Notes: a model not told the origin generated them from the sequence alone. Counted from the first letter of the stretch, positions 9,638-19,198 are shown. The stretch is DNA of 64,000 nucleotides from Candidatus Krumholzibacteriota bacterium (GCA_963764625.1 CAVXTH010000009.1:576001-640000); one strand, 5' to 3'. A program made the numbers and translations.

Positions 9638-10627
9638 ATGAAATGGACTCTTTTTCCCCTGCTCGGCTCCGCTCTGATCGTCTACGCCCTGATTTTTCTG
9701 GTGCAGTCCGGTCCCAAGGAGCCCTCTGTGGCCACTGAACCCTCACTCTCCTCCACGGCCGGCACCACTGAGGCGGCCGCGGCCAGCGTGCCGCGCGCCC
9801 CCGTGCCTAGCCCGGCGCCGCCGTCTCTTAGCGTGACGCAGGCGCAGGACAAAAGCGCGTCCGAGCTCGTGCGAAGCGACGAGGCCTCGCAAGTCGACGA
9901 CCCTGAGGCCTGGGCGAAGGGCTGCGGGCTTTACGAACAGAAGGATTTCGCCGCGGCACGCGCCGCCCTCGAGCAGGCCGTGCGCGACGAGGAAAGCCGG
10001 GCCGGCCGGCACTACCTCCTGGGCCTGTGCTACCTGAAGCTCGACGAAAGCGATCTGGCTCTGAGCGAATTGGAGCGCGCCGTCGAGTTGAAGCCGGATT
10101 CCGCCCGATACCAGGTCAACCTCGCGCGGGCCTACCTCGCGGTCGACGACTCCGAGACCGCGCGCGAAGTGGTGGATTCCGCTCTGGAGACCCAGCTCGA
10201 CTTCGCCGACGCCTGGGAGGTTCTGGGGCGCGTCGAGCTCGCGCAGGGAAACCGCGACCAGGCGGCGGCGGCGTTCACCAAGGCAGTCCAGCTCGATCCC
10301 CAGCACGCCTGGGCCTGGAACAACCAGGCGTATCTGCGAATCCTCCAGGCCCGCTTCGACGAGGCGGTTGAGCCGCTCCAGAACGCGATCCGTCTCCGGC
10401 CCGAAGTGGCCAGCTTCCAGAACAACATGGGAGTGGTGGAGGAACGCCTGGGCCGGTTTCCCGAAGCGCTCGCCTGCTATGCAAAAGCGTCGGACCTGGG
10501 TCACCCGGATGCCGGCGACAGCGCCGAGCGGGTGAGGGAAATCGTGGCCGCGACGACCCACGAGACCGAGGAAGGCGAGACGCAACTGGCCACGACCCGC
10601 GCCGACTCGCTTGGCCGCGGCTGGTGA
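9638..10627 (+). CDS. Membrane-anchored or exported TPR protein
   Basis: N-terminal hydrophobic segment, Pro/Ser linker, tandem TPRs (HYLLGLCYLK, AWEVLGRV, AWNNQAY); SD AAGGA. Confidence 0.88.
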   Translation: MKWTLFPLLGSALIVYALIFLVQSGPKEPSVATEPSLSSTAGTTEAAAASVPRAPVPSPAPPSLSVTQAQDKSASELVRSDEASQVDDPEAWAKGCGLYEQKDFAAARAALEQAVRDEESRAGRHYLLGLCYLKLDESDLALSELERAVELKPDSARYQVNLARAYLAVDDSETAREVVDSALETQLDFADAWEVLGRVELAQGNRDQAAAAFTKAVQLDPQHAWAWNNQAYLRILQARFDEAVEPLQNAIRLRPEVASFQNNMGVVEERLGRFPEALACYAKASDLGHPDAGDSAERVREIVAATTHETEEGETQLATTRADSLGRGW

Positions 10628-10642
10628 GCCGGATCCTCCCCT

Positions 10643-10705
10643 GGGGAGCCGCGCCGGCGGGGTCGGCTTCCCTCGGCGCCGCGGGAAACTCATCCCGCGG
10701 CGCCG
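10643..10705 (+). terminator. Tandem GC-rich hairpins (terminator or 3' stabiliser)
   Basis: GGGGAGCCG/CGGCTTCCC and a perfect 13-bp CGGCGCCGCGGGA/TCCCGCGGCGCCG; weak U-tract. Confidence 0.55.
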
Positions 10706-10854
10706 TTCGCGCGTTCGGCCCTCCATCGGGGAATAGGTCTTGCAATCGTGAATCCCAGAGCGGGGTTTCGAGCCAAAAGGGCCCCGTATGCGGCGTAATA
10801 GACACCCTTTTCCCCGGTGCCGGCGGCCAAAAAGTGTCCGCTGGGCCAGTGGTC

Positions 10855-11604
10855 ATGCTCCTACTTGAATCCTTCGACGAGGCTCAACGCTCCGCATCCT
10901 TCCTTGCGCTTACCGGGAATACCCTGCGCGTGCGGGAGGATTTCGCCCGACTCGCGGAAGTCGCCCTGGACCTGGGTTTTTCGGGGATGCTGCTCCATTT
11001 CGCCAGTTCGCAGGGCGGAATCACCCAACTCGAAGCCTACCTGGGGCCTGAGCGCAGGGGAAAGTGCCGGGCGTGCCTGGGGAATCTGCCCTTTTCTTTG
11101 GGCCAGGGAAACGTGGCCCCGCAGAGCTCCGCTTCCATGCAGTTGCGGGGGTGCATGCAGGAGGGAAAGCCCTTCTACGAGATGAGTTTGGCCGCGCAGG
11201 GCGCGAGCGGCTCCGTTCTCGACGCCGGTCTGGTCATGATTCTGGCCACCTGGGGTGGCGAGGATCCCATCCTCTTCGAGCTGAGGACCGCGCTCTTCGA
11301 AATCGGCTCCCAGTTTCTGGATCATGCCGACTCTCTGCGGGCCGAGAATTCGTCCGAAGCGGCACGGGTCCTCGATCTCTCCCTACGATTTCGAGATGAG
11401 GGCATCGAGGGCTGGCTGAGTGACGACGGGCCTCCGTTCGATCCTTCGTCCCGCGCCGGCGCACACCTCAACCCCGAGTCGGTCAAGCGCTGCGGACGTT
11501 CTTCCACCGAAGCAGGTTGGTTCTGCCGACTGCTCGACGAATACGAACATCGTTTCGACGGGTCGGGCAATCGAGTGGGCTTTTTCAAGAAGGTGGAACG
11601 ATGA
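10855..11604 (+). CDS. Protein with a degenerate RsbW/anti-sigma-type HATPase C-terminal domain
   Basis: ALFEIGSQFLDHA, LSDDGPPFDP, RLLDEYEHRFDGSGNRV; ATGA overlap with the next gene. Confidence 0.6.
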   Translation: MLLLESFDEAQRSASFLALTGNTLRVREDFARLAEVALDLGFSGMLLHFASSQGGITQLEAYLGPERRGKCRACLGNLPFSLGQGNVAPQSSASMQLRGCMQEGKPFYEMSLAAQGASGSVLDAGLVMILATWGGEDPILFELRTALFEIGSQFLDHADSLRAENSSEAARVLDLSLRFRDEGIEGWLSDDGPPFDPSSRAGAHLNPESVKRCGRSSTEAGWFCRLLDEYEHRFDGSGNRVGFFKKVER

Positions 11605-13002
11605 CCGATCTACACGCCAGAGACGAATTGTCGGTACGTCTCCAACTTCAGAGCCGTTCGTTCGAAGCTCTGTTCGAGCTCATCAAGTCGCTGGGTAACA
11701 CCCTGGAACTCGAACAGGTCGCGAGGCTCTCTCTTCTGACCGTCGTCGGCCAGTTCCGCGTTCAACAGGTCGCTCTCTATCTGCCCTCCGGAGGTCGCAC
11801 CCGCTTCCGCATCTGCCAGGCGGTGGGAGTGGATGTGGCTTCTCTGCCGGAGTCGATCCCCAACACCGAATCGATGGAATCGGTTCTCTCTTCGAATCCC
11901 TGCACCGTCGACATCGACTCGTGGTGGGGCATGCCCCCGGAAATTCTGCAGAAATTCCAGTACGCCGCTTATTTGCGCGACTCAAAGCGTCCGGTGGCTC
12001 TCTTGCTTTTGGGCGGTAGAATTCCGGGACGGCGTCTCGATGACGCGGAGGAGAGCGTCTTGGCCGCGATGGGCCTGGTCATCGGAACGATGGTGCAGCG
12101 CGCTCTGACCTACGAACACATGCTGCGCGCAAAACTGAAAATGGAGGAGGCCGAGCGCCTACGCAGAGTGATCCTCGATCACGTGAGTCACGAATTCAAT
12201 ACCCCGCTCATGGTGGCCAAGAGCGCGGTGGAACTCGCGCGCGATGCCGATCCCGAAAAGCAAGTCGAGCTCTTCGACATGCATCAAGAGGCCGTCGAGC
12301 GACTCAACGAACTGGTGCAGTCGCTCCTGCGCGTGGCGGATTCGAGTGAGGATGACGGACTGCATCCTCCCTCGGAACTGCTCTCGATGACCCAGCCCCA
12401 GTTCATTTCCGACGTCCTGAGTCCCTTGCTCTACAAGCAGGACCTCTCTGGATTCCACGTGGCCGAAGGTCATCTCCTCGAGCCCGAAGCCAACGTGCGA
12501 ATGGACCCCGCGAAGGTGAAGGCGGTGCTCCAGGGGCTGCTGCAGAACGCCCAGAGTTATGCTCGCCAGGACTTTCCGTGGGCCGCGGTGCATTGCTATG
12601 CGACCTCGCGCGAGTGGTGGAGTCTCCCGGCCGCAGGTCGATCGCCTCGCCCTCTACTGCGAGATTTTGGACGGCTGTCGCGATCGCCAACTGCTTCCCA
12701 TCTTCCTCCCCGGGGACAGTCCTCCGCCGGGGCCCCATCCGGCCCGCGACATGTGCGTGATCCTGGAGATCATCGATTCGGGCATCGGGATTCCCGAGGA
12801 TGAGCTTGCTTCGATTTTCGAGCCCTTCGCGCAGGCGAGCAACTCGCCCTTGCGGGGAGTCCGAGGCGCGGGGATGGGCCTGGCGAGCTGCCGACGGCTG
12901 GTGAAAGAGATCAACGGAGAATTGTTGGTGAAGAGCCGCGAGGGCGAGGGAAGCATCTTCGCTCTCCTGTTGCCGGCGCAGTGGGGTCGTCCCTGGTCCT
13001 AG
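11601..13002 (+). CDS. Soluble GAF-domain histidine kinase, frameshifted near 12630
   Basis: H-box VSHEFNTPL and LLQNA in one frame; DSGIGIP, IFEPF and GAGMGLA in frame 12559..13002. Confidence 0.85.
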
Positions 13003-13044
13003 GCGCTTGTCAAAGCCGCAACCAGTGGGCATGATCCCTCGACC

Positions 13045-14295
13045 ATGACCCTTCGCCCTTTCTGGCCCAAGAAGCTGCACAACCAGGTCTTTCTGGCAAT
13101 GCTGGTGGGCGCCGCCCTGGGGGTATTCTTCGGGGACGGCGCGGTCCGCTGGACGGGCTTTCTGGGCACGATCTTCGTGCGACTTCTGCGCATGGTCATC
13201 GTCCCCTTGATCTTCACCAGCATCATCTCGGGAGTCGTCTCGGCCGGCGGAGGCGCCAAGCTCGGGCGCCTGTCGGTCAAAACCCTCGTCTACTACATCT
13301 CGACCAGCCTCATTGCCGTCCTCACCGGCTTGTTCCTGGTAAACCTCATCCGTCCCGGGGTGGGCGCCGAGCTTGGCGAAGCGGCCTCCCGCGCGCTTCC
13401 CACCCTCCAGACTCCCGAGAGCCTGGGCGAGATCTTCTACCGCATGATTCCGACCAACCCGGTGGCGGCCATGGCGAATGGAGACATGCTGGCCCTCATC
13501 TTCTTTTCGATCGTGTGCGGAGCCGGAATCCTGGCTCTGAAGACCCGCGAGCGCGAAGCCCTCGGTCATTTGGTGGATGCATCCTTCGAGCTCATGATGA
13601 CAATCACCGCCGGGATCGTCCGTCTGGCCCCCCTGGGCGTGCTTGGGCTCATCGCGAAGGCGGTGGCGCAATCGGGGGTTGGCGTCCTGAGCTCCCTCGG
13701 CCTCTACATGATCACGATCATGGCGGGGCTCATCATCCACCTCTTTCTCACCCTGCCCCTCTTGCTGAAATTCGTGGGAAGGGTGAGCCCCCAGATCCAC
13801 TACCGAAACATGTCCGAGGCCATGCTCATGGCTTTCTCGACCTCTTCCTCTTCGGCCACTCTTCCCGTTACGCTTCGCTGCGCCGAGGAGAAAGTCGGCG
13901 TCAGTAATCGCATTTCGTCTTTCGTCTTGCCCATGGGCTCCACCATAAACATGGACGGAACCGCCCTCTACGAGTGCGTGGGGGTCATCTTCATCGCCCA
14001 GGTGATGGGGATTCCTCTCGGCCTGCACGCTCAAATCGTGGTGGTGGTCACCGCGCTTTTGGCCAGCATCGGAGCGGCGGGGATTCCCTCCGCCGGTCTG
14101 GTGATGATCTTCATCATCACCGACGCCATTCACCTCCAGGGTCCGCAGGTGGGTCTCATCGTGGGCGCCATGCTGGCTGTCGACCGTCCCCTGGACATGT
14201 TTCGCACCATGGTCAACGTGACCAGCGACTCCTGCGGCGCGGCGATCATCGCCAAGTCGGAGGGGGAGGAAGAGGTGGACGCTGGAATCCGCTGA
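13045..14295 (+). CDS. Dicarboxylate/amino acid:cation symporter (DAACS, GltP-like)
   Basis: AFSTSSSSATLP, INMDGTALYE, SIGAAGIP, DMFRTMVNVTSD. Confidence 0.95.
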   Translation: MTLRPFWPKKLHNQVFLAMLVGAALGVFFGDGAVRWTGFLGTIFVRLLRMVIVPLIFTSIISGVVSAGGGAKLGRLSVKTLVYYISTSLIAVLTGLFLVNLIRPGVGAELGEAASRALPTLQTPESLGEIFYRMIPTNPVAAMANGDMLALIFFSIVCGAGILALKTREREALGHLVDASFELMMTITAGIVRLAPLGVLGLIAKAVAQSGVGVLSSLGLYMITIMAGLIIHLFLTLPLLLKFVGRVSPQIHYRNMSEAMLMAFSTSSSSATLPVTLRCAEEKVGVSNRISSFVLPMGSTINMDGTALYECVGVIFIAQVMGIPLGLHAQIVVVVTALLASIGAAGIPSAGLVMIFIITDAIHLQGPQVGLIVGAMLAVDRPLDMFRTMVNVTSDSCGAAIIAKSEGEEEVDAGIR

Positions 14296-14387
14296 GGTCG
14301 AATTGGCCTTCCAGGGGCCCTCAGAGGGCATCTTGAAAAAAAAGGACCCCAAAGACGAAAAACTCGTGCGGCGGGCTCGCTTAATTC

Positions 14388-14491
14388 TATAATTTGTGCC
14401 GTTCTCGCACGGGCGTCCCAGACTGGGGGAAGCACTCCGTGGGGAGCGTTTGGGCGCCGACTGGACTTGAAGATCTCGAGGAGTTCCCGAG
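14388..14491 (+). promoter_or_regulatory. -10 box TATAAT and structured 5' leader of speD
   Basis: TATAAT at 14388-14393; stem GGCGtCCCAGAC(14412-23)/GTTTGGGCGCC(14448-58); SD GAGGAG at 14478-83. Confidence 0.55.
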
Positions 14492-14859
14492 TGCACAAAG
14501 GAAGGCATTTGCTCGTCGACTGCCGCGGTGTCGCGGAGTCGGTCTGTCTTGACGACAAATCGTTTCTCGAGGCAATGGCCCGCTCGGCGGACCGGGCGGG
14601 GGCGAACGTCATTTCTCAACTTCGCTATCGATTCGGCCAGGATTCTCCCCCGGGATTCGCCGCGATCTGCATGCTCGACGAGAGCCACGTCTCCGCGCAC
14701 AGCTACGCGAATCTGGGACTCATCGCGTTGGACATCTTCACCTGTGGAGATGTCGACCCGAACCGAGTTCTTCAGTATCTGGGACAGGAAGTGGGCCTGG
14801 GTGAAATCGAAGTTCGCGAGGTCGAGCGCTTCACCCTGGCCGTCGAGCAGACCAGCTAG
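14491..14859 (+). CDS. speD: S-adenosylmethionine decarboxylase proenzyme
   Basis: GRHLLVD, self-cleavage motif LDESHVSAHSY, ALDIFTCG. Confidence 0.93.
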   Translation: MHKGRHLLVDCRGVAESVCLDDKSFLEAMARSADRAGANVISQLRYRFGQDSPPGFAAICMLDESHVSAHSYANLGLIALDIFTCGDVDPNRVLQYLGQEVGLGEIEVREVERFTLAVEQTS

Positions 14860-15701
14860 AGCTTCGCTGTGAGCTGCTTCCGTCTGATTTCACCATTGCG
14901 ACTTCCGTGCCTCCTCTGGAGCAAGTACAGAAAGTAACTGCCGTCGAAATCCTTCAGGGGTTCCCCCTCATCACCCGTCACTTCGAGAATCTCCAACGCT
15001 GATTTGCGAATCAGGGCGCGCCACTGCCTCTTGTCGTAGCAGCGCAGCCCATATCGGTCGTTGCGGTGCTGAGTGCCCGAGGGCCGTTGGATCGTGAGGT
15101 GGGACAAAACCTGTTCCACCCGAGACTGAGGTCCGCGGGTGACCGGGGGCAAGTACTGGACGAGCTGTTGCACGCGGCAGCGCCCTCGTCGTCCCTCCCA
15201 GGCGTCCTCGCTCGGCTCTTCCTCGCCGTAAGCACTAAGGCTCATGCCGACCACGTAGACTCCGCCCGGGATGAGGACGCGGGAGATTCCGGCGAAGTGC
15301 CGCAAAAAGGCCTCGTCTGTCTCCAGGTGCCGGATCGTGTTGATGGTGTTGAACGCGAAGGCGACGCTGGAGGGCTTCATTCGCGCAGAGAAGGACTCCA
15401 TCGAGGCAGCGAAAACGCGCGCGCGCCGGTTCAGTCCCAGTCTCGCCAGCCGCCGTCGCGCGTAGGTGACCATCTCCTGGCTCTGGTCGAATCCGACGAT
15501 GCGGCGCCCGCGGGTGGCACAGGCGCGCAGGAAGCGTCCCGATCCACAGGCGGGTTCGAGCCACGAGCCCTCTCTCTGCCTCTTGCTCAGGTGGCCTTCG
15601 AAGAGTTTCTCCAGGACTCGATAGTCCTCGCCCGTGTCAGGAGAGTGCAGGATGTCGTAGACGACGGGATCCTCGTAGAATCCAGACTCACGCTTGGGCA
15701 T
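14856..15701 (-). CDS. Class I SAM-dependent methyltransferase
   Basis: LEPACGSGR motif I, GFDQSQEM, LIPGGVYVV. Confidence 0.88.
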   Translation of the reverse strand: MPKRESGFYEDPVVYDILHSPDTGEDYRVLEKLFEGHLSKRQREGSWLEPACGSGRFLRACATRGRRIVGFDQSQEMVTYARRRLARLGLNRRARVFAASMESFSARMKPSSVAFAFNTINTIRHLETDEAFLRHFAGISRVLIPGGVYVVGMSLSAYGEEEPSEDAWEGRRGRCRVQQLVQYLPPVTRGPQSRVEQVLSHLTIQRPSGTQHRNDRYGLRCYDKRQWRALIRKSALEILEVTGDEGEPLKDFDGSYFLYLLQRRHGSRNGEIRRKQLTAKL

Positions 15702-15751
15702 GGGGTTGCTTTCTCGTCCCCCGCGGCAAGTTCGTCACGCTCTCATACGAC

Positions 15752-15782
15752 GACGGGGCACGCGGTGCAAGCGTACCCCGTC
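15752..15782 (-). terminator. Hairpin downstream of the ferredoxin pair
   Basis: GACGGGG-c-ACGC...GCGT-a-CCCCGTC inverted repeat. Confidence 0.4.
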
Positions 15783-15823
15783 TGGGGGATTGAGAACACC
15801 CCGCACACTGCAAAGGGGTGAAC

Positions 15824-16081
15824 TCAGGGTCGTTGAAGCGATCCGTGCAGAGTGTCCAGAAGCTCGGTGACCTTCAGACACTCCTCGCAATCGGCATCCA
15901 CCGCGCCGCAGGGGACTCCGTCAGCCTGAACTTGCGAGCAGCGCGGCTCCTGCACGAGGGCGACGAGTTCCTCGAGGAGATTCAGAAGTCTGTCGCGGAG
16001 CGGTCCCTCCGGGACCTCGCGCATCCGCGAGAGAATTCGCCATTCCCAGGCGGAAAGGACATGGTTCTCGAGCTTCTCCAT
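15824..16081 (-). CDS. Small four-cysteine hypothetical protein (85 aa)
   Basis: SD GAGGAGG, start MEKLENH, motif C-x9-C-x6-C-x2-C. Confidence 0.7.
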   Translation of the reverse strand: MEKLENHVLSAWEWRILSRMREVPEGPLRDRLLNLLEELVALVQEPRCSQVQADGVPCGAVDADCEECLKVTELLDTLHGSLQRP

Positions 16082-16125
16082 GGGTACCGTTCCTCCTCGT
16101 CGGGGAGCAGTTTCGCCTAGCTCGC

Positions 16126-16308
16126 TCAGTCTTCCTCGATCATCGAGATCGCGTCGGTGGGACAGGGATCGATGCAGGCCTGGCATTCCGTGCACTCGTC
16201 GCCATCGACCTGAGCTTTACCGTCCGTTACCGTGATTGCCTCGACCGGGCAAGTATCCACGCAATCCTCGCAACCCTCACACAGGTCCTGTTCTACTGTC
16301 GCAGGCAT
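16126..16308 (-). CDS. 2[4Fe-4S] ferredoxin
   Basis: CEGCEDCVDTCP and CTECQACIDPCP; strong SD GGAGGAG. Confidence 0.95.
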   Translation of the reverse strand: MPATVEQDLCEGCEDCVDTCPVEAITVTDGKAQVDGDECTECQACIDPCPTDAISMIEED

Positions 16309-16440
16309 TTGATCTCCTCCAATTACGACCTCGACCCAAGGGGAAATTCTGGCCTGAAAGAAGGTCGCGGAGCGGCCAAAGGCAAGTTTTTTTCGCGGGT
16401 CTCGCGCAGTGGCAAAAGGGGGCGGAAAGCCAGCCTAACT

Positions 16441-17790
16441 CTAAATTCCCAGATCCACCCCACCTTCGGCCAGCACCTTCCTTATCTTCCCGTCGATCCA
16501 CTTCCCGTCCCACCACTGCAGGGGGTTTACCGGCGTTCCGTGCACGAGCACTTCGTAGTGCAGGTGGTCTCCCACCGCGAGACCCGTCGTGCCGGTGCGG
16601 CCGATCTGATCGCCCCTCTTGAGGTCTTGGCCCGGTGCGACACTCATCTCCGAGAGGTGGCTGTACACCGACATCAGCCCGAGCCCGTGGTCGACCACGA
16701 TGGTATTGCCGTAGATGCCGAGGTCCGCGGCATACACGACGCGTCCCGAAGCGGCGGCGGGGACCGGCGCACGTTGCACCGAGGCGAGGTCGAAGCCGGC
16801 GTGCACTTTGGTGTCGAGCGCGACCCCCTCGTAGGAGTAATCGCGGGTTTCGTCGAAGTTGGAAAACACGCGCGTATTCGGCGGCTGCAGAAACGCGCCC
16901 TTCCACAGCGGGTGCGGCGCGGACTGCTCGGAGAGCTGGCGCATCGTGGCTTCCGCCTTCGCACGCAGGACGGTGCTGACGTAGCGGAAAGCCTCTCCGT
17001 AGTCTTTAGGAGGAATCTCCCCTCGCTCCGGCAAGAGTTCGGGTAGCTTGGTGGCCAGGAAATCGCGTTCGAGTTTGACGCTCCCGTGTTTGAATTCTCT
17101 CTTGGCGATCGTGGTCGACAGAACTCTCGTGGTGCGATTTCCCGCCTGGTCCTCGCTCACCGCCATCGGGTTTTGGTCCGTGGGATAGTCGAAGGGAATG
17201 GCAAACAGCGAGACGTAGAGCCCCTTGGACGGATCCCCCTGGGGGCTCGCGGAGTAGAATCGTCCGCCGACTTCAACTCCGAGCGTTTCGGCGTCGTGGC
17301 TGCTCAAGACCGCGACCGCAGCGCCCCCCTGCGAGGGATAGCGGGTGAAGGAAAGCACTTCGAGTTGGGGAGGCGTCAGGTCCACCATCACCGGCACCGT
17401 GAGGGCCGGCTTCTTGTCGACCGCCTTGAGCCGCCAGAAGCCATCGCTCGCGTAGACTTCCAGGCGGCTGTCTCCCTCGCGGGCCTTCTGTAGGCCCGGC
17501 TCCACCTTGAAGGTGAGCTCGCGCTCATCGATCCCCGAGGAATCGAAGCTGGCCGCAAATAAAGGAAGGTTCCGGTCGGACTGGACGAGCTGGACGCGCA
17601 CGGATCGGACTCCGCCCCGCGCTGCCGTCAGCTTCAGGGTGAGCTCTTGCGAATTGCCCAGCGCGACCGGAAGCGGATCGAATCGAGCCGTCACCGGGGG
17701 AACCCTCTGCCGGAGAATGAGAAAGCCGATCCCCGCGAAAATTGCCACCAGGACCATCACGATTTGTAGAAGTGCCTTTTTCGGGTCCAT
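16441..17790 (-). CDS. M23 family metallopeptidase, N-terminally anchored
   Basis: HAGFD, IYGNTIVVDHG, YSHLS, GDHLHYEV; start MDPKKALL followed by a TM segment. Confidence 0.92.
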   Translation of the reverse strand: MDPKKALLQIVMVLVAIFAGIGFLILRQRVPPVTARFDPLPVALGNSQELTLKLTAARGGVRSVRVQLVQSDRNLPLFAASFDSSGIDERELTFKVEPGLQKAREGDSRLEVYASDGFWRLKAVDKKPALTVPVMVDLTPPQLEVLSFTRYPSQGGAAVAVLSSHDAETLGVEVGGRFYSASPQGDPSKGLYVSLFAIPFDYPTDQNPMAVSEDQAGNRTTRVLSTTIAKREFKHGSVKLERDFLATKLPELLPERGEIPPKDYGEAFRYVSTVLRAKAEATMRQLSEQSAPHPLWKGAFLQPPNTRVFSNFDETRDYSYEGVALDTKVHAGFDLASVQRAPVPAAASGRVVYAADLGIYGNTIVVDHGLGLMSVYSHLSEMSVAPGQDLKRGDQIGRTGTTGLAVGDHLHYEVLVHGTPVNPLQWWDGKWIDGKIRKVLAEGGVDLGI

Positions 17791-17922
17791 GATTCTCCCG
17801 TTGGTTTCAGGGCTCGAATCCGAGTCGAAGGCCGACCTTCGCGCATCATGGTCCCTGGATCTGCTATGGTCAATGCGTTCCCGGAGAAGCTGCGCTTCCA
17901 CCATATTCGAGGGAATTTCACG

Positions 17923-18591
17923 ATGTCCTACGATGCTGCCTATCGCGCTGATGACCGCTATTTCGGCGAAGAACCCGAGAAACTCCTCCGAGAACATCTC
18001 GGCGCTCTCGATCCCTCGCGAGAAATCCTGGATCTGGGGATGGGGCAGGGTCGCAACGCACTCTGGCTCGCACGCAGGGGATTTCAGGTCGCGGGTCTGG
18101 AACCCTCGGCGGTGGCGCGGGAGAGGACGCGAAAGCTGGCGGCCGGAGAAGGTCTGCCCCTGCGCATCCACTCGGACACGTTTCAACGCTTCGATGCGGC
18201 CGCGTCCAGTTTTGGGACCCTCCTCGTCCTGGGACTCATTCCCATTCTCTCCCGCGAGGAGCTGGATACGCTGCGCGCGAAAGTCGAGCGGTGGCTCGGC
18301 CCCTCAGGGCTTTTGCTGGCCACCGCCTTCACCACGAAAGACCCTTCCTTCGCCCGCATCTCGAGGGAATGGAAGCCCGCGGGAGAGGGGAGTTTCCTCG
18401 GGCCGGGCGGCGATCGGCGAACTTTTCTGAAACCGGGAGAGATCGTACGCCTCTTTTCGCCCTACGAGGTGGTTCATCACGAGGAAGTTCTGGGGGAGGA
18501 GCATCGCCATGGGGAGGGCCCGCTGCATCGGCACGCTTGGGCCGGTGCGGTGCTGCGAAGACCCAAGGCGGGGCCCGTTCTGCAAGCGTGA
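17923..18591 (+). CDS. Class I SAM-dependent methyltransferase (TehB-like)
   Basis: ILDLGMGQGRNALWLARRGFQV; His-rich C-terminus. Confidence 0.85.
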   Translation: MSYDAAYRADDRYFGEEPEKLLREHLGALDPSREILDLGMGQGRNALWLARRGFQVAGLEPSAVARERTRKLAAGEGLPLRIHSDTFQRFDAAASSFGTLLVLGLIPILSREELDTLRAKVERWLGPSGLLLATAFTTKDPSFARISREWKPAGEGSFLGPGGDRRTFLKPGEIVRLFSPYEVVHHEEVLGEEHRHGEGPLHRHAWAGAVLRRPKAGPVLQA

Positions 18592-18661
18592 GCCCCGTGC
18601 GGCGAGACTCGATTGTCGAAAGCACGGGAATTCCAAAGGAACGGGCGGATCGAAGCGGTAC

Positions 18662-18698
18662 TGGTATGCTCTCTGCGGCGATGTGGCATGGAACCTGC
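18662..18698 (+). promoter_or_regulatory. Tandem sigma54-type -24/-12 elements upstream of the pilin
   Basis: TGGTATgctctCTGC (18662-76) and TGGCATggaacCTGC (18684-98), both GG-N10-GC. Confidence 0.65.
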
Positions 18699-18751
18699 CC
18701 TACAAGAGGAGCGCGAATGCCTTTCACCTCGTTTGCCCGGAGGATTCAGCC

Positions 18752-19198
18752 ATGCGAAAGGCCACTGCTCGCGACAATCAATCTGGTTTTACCCTCATCG
18801 AACTGATGATCGTCGTCGTCATCATCGGCATTCTCGCCGCCATCGCAGTTCCCGCATTCACGCACTTCCGCGATAAGGCCCGCGAGGCCCAGGTCAAGAG
18901 CAACTGTCACACGGTGCAGCTTCTGACTGAGGATTTCGCGGCCCAAAACGACGGGGTGTACCCCATCGGACTTGCTGATCCATTGCCGGATTCCCGAACC
19001 CTGACCAACTTTCTCCCGGGATCGCATCTGCTCCTGAATCCCTGGAGCAACGCGCGGAGCGAGCCTCGTGATGGCGCTCCGGCGCTGCCGGGCGAAGTGG
19101 GTTTTCTTCCCCATTTGACCAACGGTATTCCCGACGGCTACTCGATCCAAGGGTACGGAAGCGATGGAATCGTGTTGACCGTCTCGAACGGCCAGTGA
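18752..19198 (+). CDS. Type IV pilin / prepilin
   Basis: Class III signal QSG|FTLIELMIVVVIIGILAAIAVP; SD GGAGG. Confidence 0.92.
   Translation: MRKATARDNQSGFTLIELMIVVVIIGILAAIAVPAFTHFRDKAREAQVKSNCHTVQLLTEDFAAQNDGVYPIGLADPLPDSRTLTNFLPGSHLLLNPWSNARSEPRDGAPALPGEVGFLPHLTNGIPDGYSIQGYGSDGIVLTVSNGQ

Noticed and set aside
10774-10811. AAAAGGG/CCCTTTT stem as a riboswitch upstream of the RsbW-like gene
   Set aside because: It is a single 7-bp stem with no recognisable aptamer consensus.
12600-12660. Programmed frameshift in the GAF kinase
   Set aside because: There is no slippery heptamer, and it is one of many similar indels in the window.
14422-14433. Shared ACTGGGG(G)AAGC word between the speD leader and the 52.5-kb RNA
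   Set aside because: The match is too short in GC-rich DNA and sits in different structural contexts.
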